From Gemmatimonadales bacterium (GTDB lineage Bacteria; Gemmatimonadota; Gemmatimonadetes; Gemmatimonadales; GWC2-71-9): a stretch of DNA of 64,000 nt. How positions within the stretch are numbered: position 1 is the stretch's first letter; every line of letters begins with the position of its first letter. Shown here piece after piece: positions 1-6,524 of this stretch. Under the pieces are notes generated by a model. It did not search any database. It was given only the letters and a program-made list of their open reading frames with translations, and was not told the DNA's origin. The translations under genes and the position numbers were made by a program. Location: NCBI GenBank assembly GCA_046596135.1, contig JBKJMX010000060.1, positions 2,061 to 66,060 on the forward strand, in the 5' to 3' direction.

Positions 1-632
1 TTCGGCACCCGGCGCAGCGCGATCTGCGAGCCCGGGAGGAAGGCATCGACGCCCATCAGGTTCACCACGACGCCACCCTTGATCTTCTTCATCAGGGTGC
101 CCTCGACCGGCTGGTCGGACTCGTGGGCCTGACGGATCTTTTCCCACACCCGCATGAAGTCGGCTTTCTTCTTCGACAGCACGACCGCGCCTTCCTGATC
201 CTCGAGGTGCTCGAGGAAGACCTCGACCTCGTCGCCGACCTGGAGGTTCTGCGGATCCTTGAACTCGTCCAGCGGCACCGATCCCTCGGACTTGAAGCCG
301 ACGTCGAGGATGACGGCGTTCTCGGTAATGCGCAGCACCTTCGACTTCACGATCTCGCCCTCGGCGATCTGCGACATCGTGCCTTCGTAGAGCGTGAGCA
401 TCTCCTCGTATTCGTCGTCCGAGTAGTCCTCATCGTACAGGTCGGCGCGCACGCGGATCCCGTTCGAACTGGCGAACGGCATCTCGGGCGTCGACGTCAT
501 CGTGGCGGGCGCAGGCGCGGCCGCAACGACGTCGGTAGCCTCAGCGGCCTCGGTGGCGTCGGTAGCGTCGGTGGCCGCGTCGGTGACGAGCTCGGATTCG
601 GAATCGGTGCTGGGGCTGGCGGTTTCAGGCAT
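1..632 (-). CDS. rpsA: 30S ribosomal protein S1, N-terminal part (gene continues past the left edge)
   Basis: Minus-strand translation from the ATG at 632 gives an acidic T/D/A/E-rich stretch of about 45 aa. It continues MPFASSNGIRVRADLYDEDYSDDEYEEMLTLYEGTMSQIAEGEIVKSKVLRITENAVILDVGFKSEGSVPLDEF...GGVVVNLMGVDAFLPGSQI, which is the S1 OB-fold repeat pattern. The cmk-rpsA order is classic. The ORF is missing from the track because it runs off the edge. In-frame ATGs at 500 and 482 are alternative starts. Confidence 0.9.
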   Translation of the reverse strand, partial: MPETASPSTDSESELVTDAATDATDATEAAEATDVVAAAPAPATMTSTPEMPFASSNGIRVRADLYDEDYSDDEYEEMLTLYEGTMSQIAEGEIVKSKVLRITENAVILDVGFKSEGSVPLDEFKDPQNLQVGDEVEVFLEHLEDQEGAVVLSKKKADFMRVWEKIRQAHESDQPVEGTLMKKIKGGVVVNLMGVDAFLPGSQIALRRVP

Positions 633-745
633 TCGGGATGGGTCCTGCGGTGAAAGCCACCGCGCCATGGGCCGCGCGGGTTGAGGGATATTCCTCGGCG
701 CCCCGGATCACCTGATACGGGACAGCCATGAAAGCTACGGGCCCG

Positions 746-1435
746 TCAGCTGAGGGGCAACCCGCGATCGCGGGCAAGATCGACGATCCGGGCCACCTGG
801 GCATCGAACGTCAGGTCGGTTGTGTCTACCAGGATGGCGTCGTGGGCCTGCCGCAGAGGGGCCTCCTTGCGAGCGGCGTCGAGCCGATCACGGGCAGCCA
901 GCAGCTCGGCCTCGTGCCGGGCCTCCGCCGGGGTGGGAGCGCCACCCCGCTGGACCAGCCGACGGCGGGCCCGGGCCTCGGCACTCGCTGTGAGGAATAC
1001 CTTGAGCGCCGCATCGGGGAAGACAACTGTCCCAATGTCCCGGCCGTCGAGGACCGCCCACCCGGTGGCCCGCGCCGCGACCCGGAGGCGACGATTGACC
1101 CAGGCCCGGACCTCGGGGAGGGCGGCAACCGCCGACACGCCGGCCGTGACCCGCTCCGAGCGAATCTGCTCCTCGATGTCGTCCTCATCCTCCCCGGCCA
1201 CGACGATCAGTCGCTGATCGCGCGGCGTGAGGTGCAGGCTGCGGGCGTCGGCTGCCTTCACGATTCTCTCGGCGTCGTCCAGTTCCCCCTCGAGCGCTAG
1301 CCAGGTGAGGGCCCGGTAGAGCGCACCGGTATCGACATGCGTCATGCCGAGCTGTCCCGCCACCGCCGCCGCCGTACTGGACTTGCCGGAGGCCGATGGA
1401 CCGTCGATCGCAATCACGGTCGGGCTCGTCATCAT
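746..1435 (-). CDS. cmk: cytidylate kinase
   Basis: 229-aa ORF with the P-loop IAIDGPSASGKSS and a CMP-kinase-like body. Its ATG overlaps the aroA stop by 4 nt (ATGA at 1432-1435). Confidence 0.93.
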   Translation of the reverse strand: MMTSPTVIAIDGPSASGKSSTAAAVAGQLGMTHVDTGALYRALTWLALEGELDDAERIVKAADARSLHLTPRDQRLIVVAGEDEDDIEEQIRSERVTAGVSAVAALPEVRAWVNRRLRVAARATGWAVLDGRDIGTVVFPDAALKVFLTASAEARARRRLVQRGGAPTPAEARHEAELLAARDRLDAARKEAPLRQAHDAILVDTTDLTFDAQVARIVDLARDRGLPLS

Positions 1436-2706
1436 GTGCGCTCCTCGAAAAGGGCGGCCAGCGCCGCCGGGAATCCCGGGAACGATACCGCTGCGGAGCC
1501 GGGATCATCCACGATGATCCGGTTGCGGGGCTCGGTCGCGAGAACCATGAACGCCATCGCGATGCGGTGGTCGCCGCCAGTGCACACCGTGCCAGCAAAC
1601 GGGCGGTCGGTGCCGTCAACCACCAGGTCATCACCATCGATCGACGCGCGGCCACCGATTGCCGCAAGGTTTGACGCAATCAACTGCAGACGGTCGCTCT
1701 CCTTGACGCGAAGCTCCCCGACTCCGCAGAAGCGCGTCGTTCCCTCCGCTCGTGAGGCGAGGCAGGCAAGCATCGGGATCTCGTCGATCAATCCGGGCAC
1801 CTCGCCTGCGAGAACCGTCGCGGACACGAGCCGGGCTGGTTGCACCGTCAGGCGACCGACTGGTTCACCGGCCTGGATTCCCGTCTGATCAATGCCGATG
1901 AATGCGCCCATCCGTTGAAGGACGATGAGTGCCGCTATGCGGGTGGGATTCAGTCCCACTTCCGTGATGTCCAGCGAACCCCCGGCGGCGAGGAGCGCCG
2001 CGCCTACGAGGAAAATCGCGGACGAGGGATCACCGGGCACGTCAACGTCGAACGGCGTGAACCGTCCGGTCGGCTTGAAGTCGATCGTGTTGTCGTGCCG
2101 CACGGCCTCGAAACCGAGCGCTGTCAACATTCGCTCGGTGTGGTCCCGTGACTCGCCCGGCTCGGTGATTCGTGCCTCAACGCCCGCCACCGCTGCGGCG
2201 AGGAGGATTGCGCTCTTCACCTGCGCCGAGGCGACCGGCAGTACCCACTCGATCGGAGTCAACGCCCCGCCCCGTATCGTGATAGGCAGACCGCCGGCCG
2301 ATGCTTGGAGGATGGCCGCACCCATCGCAGAGAGCGGGCCCGTGACCCGACCCATCGGCCGCCTGCGGAGCGAGCGGTCGCCCGTCAGGCGGGCCTCAAA
2401 TCCGTGCGCGGCGAGGATTCCGAGCATCAGGCGCGCCGTGGTCCCGGAATTGCCGCAGTGGAGCGTCAGATCGGGTGCCTTGAGCGTCCGGCGACCGGCC
2501 ACCGTGACGACTGCGCCGGCGCGCAGCGGCGAGATGTCCGCGCCGAGCTGGCGCAATATGGCCGCGGTGGATCGTGCATCGAGCCCAGTGAGGGCGCCCG
2601 CAATGGATGAACGGCCGGGTGCGAGCGCGGCCAGCATCAACGCGCGGTGCGTGATGCTCTTGTCCCCCGGCACGCGGTGGACCCCTCCGACTCGGCGTCC
2701 GGACAT
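1432..2706 (-). CDS. aroA: 3-phosphoshikimate 1-carboxyvinyltransferase (EPSP synthase)
   Basis: Track ORF 1432..3102 trimmed to the ATG at 2706 (MSGRRVGGVHRVPGDKSITHRALMLAALA...). It shows the typical EPSPS motifs (PGDKSITHR, LHCGNSGTTARL, RVKESDR). The 132 aa upstream in the ORF are R/G/P-rich and overlap the divergent ATPase gene. Confidence 0.93.
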   Translation of the reverse strand: MSGRRVGGVHRVPGDKSITHRALMLAALAPGRSSIAGALTGLDARSTAAILRQLGADISPLRAGAVVTVAGRRTLKAPDLTLHCGNSGTTARLMLGILAAHGFEARLTGDRSLRRRPMGRVTGPLSAMGAAILQASAGGLPITIRGGALTPIEWVLPVASAQVKSAILLAAAVAGVEARITEPGESRDHTERMLTALGFEAVRHDNTIDFKPTGRFTPFDVDVPGDPSSAIFLVGAALLAAGGSLDITEVGLNPTRIAALIVLQRMGAFIGIDQTGIQAGEPVGRLTVQPARLVSATVLAGEVPGLIDEIPMLACLASRAEGTTRFCGVGELRVKESDRLQLIASNLAAIGGRASIDGDDLVVDGTDRPFAGTVCTGGDHRIAMAFMVLATEPRNRIIVDDPGSAAVSFPGFPAALAALFEERT

Positions 2707-2829
2707 CTGGCAACGTACTCCATGAATCGGGGAGAAGATGCAATTGGCAGCGGGAATCGTATCTTTCCCGGTCGCAGCCGACAAATCGATGCGCTGCGTC
2801 CCCCTGCACCACCTGGAAGACGGAACGTC

Positions 2830-4995
2830 ATGAATCGCACTGCAACGGCGGAATTCTCCGACGCGTGGCTCGGCCCACTGTTGGTCGGGGCCGGGATCCT
2901 CACCGAGGAACGTCTCGCCGACATCCCCGCCCCCTCTGACGGAGGGCGCCTCTGGATCGCGCTGGTGCGAGGGGGCGTGACCGACGACGCCGCGATTCTG
3001 GGCGAGCTCACGCGACGGTTCAAGTTCCCAGCGGCAAACCTCGGGCTGGCCGACGCACGCATGACCGCGATGCTTCCCGAGGTCGCGGCGCGGCGCTATC
3101 ACGTCGTGGTGCTTGGCGCCGACGAGAAGACGATTCGCCTCGGAACGTGCGATCCGCGCGACTACGCCGCCGAACAGGACTTGGGCTTTCTGACCGGACG
3201 CGATGTCCGCTTCGAGATCGCGTCACCGATGGCGATCGGGGAGAAGCTCGACGAGCTCTACCGCCCTGAGAACAGCATCAACCGCCTTCTGAGCGGTCTC
3301 CATTCCGGTGGCATCGAAATAGACATTTCGGCCGATATTCCGGAACCCGATCGCGACCCGGCGCTCGACGCGCCGATGGCAAAGCTGGTGGATGCCATGC
3401 TCGCCGACTCGGTCCGGTGCGGCGCCAGTGATGTGCACGCTGAGATTGAATCGGGGCACGTGGTTGTGCGGTACCGGATCGACGGCGTGCTGCGCGAAGT
3501 GATGCGGCTCCCTGAGGCGTCGGGACCCGCCCTTGTGCGACGGGTGAAGATCGTGGCCGGGCTGGATGTCACCAACTCGATGGTGCCCCAGGACGGTCGC
3601 AGCAGCGTGCGGGTCGACGGACAGGCCATTGACATGCGCGTGGCCACGGCGCCCGTGGCACGCCGCGGCGAGAAGCTGGTAATCCGGATCCTCGATCAGG
3701 CCAACCTCAAGACATCAGTGGGTGAACTGGCGCTCCCTGCCGATGAGGAGGAGCCACTGCTGCGGATGCTTGGTTATCGCGAGGGGATGGTGCTGGTCAC
3801 CGGGCCGACGGGGTCGGGCAAGACGACCACCCTGTACGCCGTGCTCAATCATCTCAAGACGGGACGGGTGAACATCGTCACCGTCGAGGATCCGGTCGAG
3901 TACGACGTGAACGGCATCTCCCAGTTGCAGGTCAACGAGGCCCAGGATTTCACCTTCGCGACTGCGTTGCGTTCGGTGCTTCGGCAGGACCCGGACATCG
4001 TCCTCGTCGGCGAAATTCGCGATGCCGAGACGGCGTCGATCGCGATCCAGGCCGGGCTCACCGGCCACCTTGTGTTCTCGACGCTGCACACGAGCGACGC
4101 GGTGTCCGCAATCGTGCGCCTGCGCGACATGGATGTCGACCTCTTCAAGATCTCGACCGTCCTGAAGGGCGTGGTGGCGCAGCGACTGGTACGCCGGCTG
4201 TGTACCCACTGCGCCGAGCCGCATTCGATTGACGAACTGGCAGCGGAACTTCGGCCGCCGGAGGACTTCGTGGGCGCGGTGGCGCCGATGCGGTCGGTCG
4301 GCTGCAAGCGTTGCAACGGCACGGGCTACCGGGGGCGCGTTGCGGTGGTTGAGTTGCTCCCGATCGAGGGCAAGGTCGCCAAATTGATCGAGGCCGATGC
4401 GCCACGCGATCAGGTGCTCGCCGCCGCACGGCCGCACGGCATGAAGACGCTGTGGGAAAGTGGGATGCACCGTTTCTGGACCGGCCTCACGTCACTGGAC
4501 GAGATCCACCGGGTGCTGGGCGAGTCCCATGACACCGATGCGTCGGAGCCCGCGGCGCCGGCGTTACGCGAGGTCCCCGCGAACACCAAGGGTAGAGGTA
4601 CGGCCGCGGAGGACGGCAGCGGCGCCACGATCCTCCTGGCCGATGATGACGCCCAGATGCGCCGTCTGGTGCGCACCGTGCTCGAACGCGAGGGATTCAC
4701 GGTGATCGAATCCGCAGATGGCCTCGACACGCTGGACGCAATCGATACCAAGTCGATCGACCTCGTGCTGCTCGATCATGACATGCCCCGGCTGACCGGG
4801 CTCGGTGTGCTCGAGGAACTTCGGGCACGGGTCACCACCGCGGGCCTGCCGGTGATCATGCTCACCGCCCGGACCGACGACACGGAAACTCATGCCCTCG
4901 AGCTGGGCGCGCAGGATTACCTCACCAAGCCGGTGCAACCGCGCTCGCTGGTTGCGCGGGTCCGGGCAGTCCTCAAGCGCAGCCGGATGGAGTGA
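2830..4995 (+). CDS. GspE/PilB-family secretion/pilus assembly ATPase with a C-terminal response-regulator receiver domain
   Basis: Track ORF 2647..4995 trimmed to the ATG at 2830 (MNRTATAEF...). It has a T2SSE_N-like N-domain, Walker A GPTGSGKTT, Walker B DPDIVLVGEIRD, His box TGHLVFSTLHT and a tetra-Cys motif CTHC...CKRCNGTGYRGR. A linker of about 30 aa leads to a receiver of about 120 aa (ILLADDD...LVLLDHDMP...IMLTA...YLTKP). Confidence 0.87.
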   Translation: MNRTATAEFSDAWLGPLLVGAGILTEERLADIPAPSDGGRLWIALVRGGVTDDAAILGELTRRFKFPAANLGLADARMTAMLPEVAARRYHVVVLGADEKTIRLGTCDPRDYAAEQDLGFLTGRDVRFEIASPMAIGEKLDELYRPENSINRLLSGLHSGGIEIDISADIPEPDRDPALDAPMAKLVDAMLADSVRCGASDVHAEIESGHVVVRYRIDGVLREVMRLPEASGPALVRRVKIVAGLDVTNSMVPQDGRSSVRVDGQAIDMRVATAPVARRGEKLVIRILDQANLKTSVGELALPADEEEPLLRMLGYREGMVLVTGPTGSGKTTTLYAVLNHLKTGRVNIVTVEDPVEYDVNGISQLQVNEAQDFTFATALRSVLRQDPDIVLVGEIRDAETASIAIQAGLTGHLVFSTLHTSDAVSAIVRLRDMDVDLFKISTVLKGVVAQRLVRRLCTHCAEPHSIDELAAELRPPEDFVGAVAPMRSVGCKRCNGTGYRGRVAVVELLPIEGKVAKLIEADAPRDQVLAAARPHGMKTLWESGMHRFWTGLTSLDEIHRVLGESHDTDASEPAAPALREVPANTKGRGTAAEDGSGATILLADDDAQMRRLVRTVLEREGFTVIESADGLDTLDAIDTKSIDLVLLDHDMPRLTGLGVLEELRARVTTAGLPVIMLTARTDDTETHALELGAQDYLTKPVQPRSLVARVRAVLKRSRME

Positions 4996-4997
4996 CG

Positions 4998-5378
4998 ATG
5001 GCGCACCTGCTGATTGTCGAAGACAGCCCCGACAACATGAAGTTGTTCCGGACGCTGCTCACACTGAAGGGCCATGAGGTCACCGGCATACCCGGAGGCG
5101 AGACGCTGTTCGCGACGCTCGATGCGGCGACGCCTGAACTGGTGCTGATGGACATCCAGATGCCCGGAAAGGACGGCTACGCACTGCTCCGCGAGATTCG
5201 CGACAGCGCGCACTCGGGATTGCGAGTGATCGCGCTTACGGCGCACGCCATGTCGGGCGATCGCGAGAAGGCCATGGCGGCGGGATTCGACGGCTACATC
5301 ACCAAGCCGATCGACATCCGCAGCTTCCCCGAGCAGGTGGCCAGTGCGCTCGCGGGGCAGAGGGTGGGTGATGAGTAG
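4998..5378 (+). CDS. single-domain response regulator (CheY/DivK-like receiver)
   Basis: MAHLLIVEDSPDN...LVLMDIQMPGKDG...ALTAHAMSGDREKAMAAGFDGYITKPI. GGAG lies 6 nt upstream of the ATG at 4998. A GTG at 4992 overlapping the upstream TGA is the alternative start. Confidence 0.88.
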   Translation: MAHLLIVEDSPDNMKLFRTLLTLKGHEVTGIPGGETLFATLDAATPELVLMDIQMPGKDGYALLREIRDSAHSGLRVIALTAHAMSGDREKAMAAGFDGYITKPIDIRSFPEQVASALAGQRVGDE

Positions 5379-5901
5379 CAGCCGCTCACCCCGCCCCCAC
5401 AGCGGCGAATCTCCGTCACGAGGCGGCCCGGACGAGCTGCGCAATGCGGTCCGCAACGTGATCGATTCGAAGCGGCAGGAAGCGATGGAACGCAAGGCAG
5501 CCATCGCGGCGGCGAAGCACCGCGAGCAACGACAGGCACCGATGGTGTTGCTACTCGCGGTGCTTTCCGCGACGCTGGCGTGGGCATGGATCGCGCGCCC
5601 GGCCGCAATTTTCGGCTCGCCTCCGGCGCCAGCGGTCCTCACTCCGGCCCGCGCAGAGGCGCAAGCGCGTTACGCGCTGTTCCTTGAGCGCGCTCGGGTC
5701 GACGCCTATCGGCAGGTCCACGGTCGCAACCCTGCCCAGCTCGCCGACGCCGGACCGGTGGAGGATGACGTCACCTACACGATTTCGGGACAGGGATTTG
5801 TGCTGGAGCGCCCGGTGAATGGAAAGGTCCTGCGCATGGACCACGCTACCCGGCCCGACTCCTTCCTGGGCGGCAGTCTGGACATCCTGCACCGCCAGTA
5901 A
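5371..5901 (+). CDS. hypothetical single-pass membrane protein
   Basis: The ATG at 5371 overlaps the stop of the receiver gene (ATGAGTAG). The protein has a charged N-terminus, one hydrophobic helix (MVLLLAVLSATLAWAWIA) and a C-terminal domain of about 110 aa. I recognised no family. Coding is supported mainly by the coupling and by frame/GC3. Confidence 0.6.
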   Translation: MSSSRSPRPHSGESPSRGGPDELRNAVRNVIDSKRQEAMERKAAIAAAKHREQRQAPMVLLLAVLSATLAWAWIARPAAIFGSPPAPAVLTPARAEAQARYALFLERARVDAYRQVHGRNPAQLADAGPVEDDVTYTISGQGFVLERPVNGKVLRMDHATRPDSFLGGSLDILHRQ

Positions 5902-5919
5902 ATTGGCGGAGCGCCAGCG

Positions 5920-6360
5920 TCAGTAGCAGGCCACCGTTCCCGGGGTGATCACGGCGGCGTTCGGCGAATAGGAAGCGTCCCCCACGAAGATTCCGCAGGT
6001 GTCCCGAGTGGGATCGGTCACCGACGGGTTGGTCATCGTCGCCGACCAGCCGACCCCGTTGGCTCCATCGGTCCTGATGATGTCCGCGGCGTTGCCGGGC
6101 GAGAGCCGGAATGCGACGATCCCGCCTGCCCCGGGACCAGGGACTTCGGCGGGCGCGAATCCGCTGGCGTAGTCCCGGTAGGTGACAAAGAAGGCCTCCT
6201 GCGCCGTCATCATGTTTTTCAGGTCGCTAATCATCGTGGCAACGGTCGCGCGCTGACGGGTGGCGGCCAGCTTCGGCAACGCGATGGTGGCGAGCAATCC
6301 CATGATCGCCACCACGACCAGCAACTCGATGATGGTGAACCCTCGACGTCCAGCTCGCAT
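5920..6360 (-). CDS. type IV pilin (prepilin with N-terminal cleavage/methylation motif)
   Basis: Track ORF trimmed to the ATG at 6360: MRAGRRG|FTIIELLVVVAIMGLLATIALP. This is the class III signal with G-F cleavage and E at +5. The C-terminus has a Cys pair (CGIF...VACY) typical of the pilin D-region. GAGGAA lies just upstream of the ATG. Confidence 0.9.
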   Translation of the reverse strand: MRAGRRGFTIIELLVVVAIMGLLATIALPKLAATRQRATVATMISDLKNMMTAQEAFFVTYRDYASGFAPAEVPGPGAGGIVAFRLSPGNAADIIRTDGANGVGWSATMTNPSVTDPTRDTCGIFVGDASYSPNAAVITPGTVACY

Positions 6361-6384
6361 GATTCCTCGGTGGAACGGGAAAAG

Positions 6385-6467
6385 TGCTCGGGGCGGGAAT
6401 CGAACCCGCATGGGGTTTCCCCCTGGGGATTTTAAGTCCCCTGCGTCTGCCATTTCGCCACCCGAGC
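6385..6467 (-). tRNA. tRNA-Leu (anticodon UAA)
   Basis: The hand-folded cloverleaf has acceptor GCTCGGG/CCCGAGC and a GCG/CGC D-stem. The anticodon stem is GGGGA/TCCCC with loop CTTAAAA (anticodon TAA). There is a long variable arm (GGGG AAA CCCC), a T-arm GCGGG TTCGATT CCCGC and discriminator A. CCA is not encoded. Confidence 0.93.
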
Positions 6468-6486
6468 ATGCCAAGAATATGCCAGC
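6468..6486 (-). promoter_or_regulatory. direct repeat CTGGCAT-ATTC-TTGGCAT (11-bp periodicity), which also reads as a sigma54-like -24/-12 element, abutting the tRNA 5' end
   Basis: The minus strand reads GCTGGCATATTCTTGGCAT and is followed immediately by tRNA nucleotide 1. GG-N10-GC spacing is correct for sigma54. I count 10 of 14 defined positions of YTGGCACGrNNNTTGCW matched. It is equally a 7-bp direct repeat with a 4-bp A/T-rich spacer, as in OmpR/PhoB-type boxes. Confidence 0.35.
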
Positions 6487-6524
6487 GCGGTGCGGCGCGC
6501 ATCCGACGCGCTAGTTTTCTGCGG

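Noticed and set aside
500-620. Short tandem-like DNA repeats (GTCGGTAGC / GTCGGTGGC), which could be a repeat array.
   Set aside because: They are in frame with rpsA and encode a T/D/A low-complexity peptide. There is no spacer/repeat periodicity of CRISPR type.
2707-3102. N-terminal 132-aa extension of the aroA ORF, and similar long upstream extensions on many track ORFs (pheS, folD, ClC, SDR, PBP1A, crcB and others).
   Set aside because: The extensions lack homology to the respective families and often overlap the neighbouring gene. An internal ATG or GTG coincides with the conserved N-terminus or signal peptide, so I trimmed the starts.
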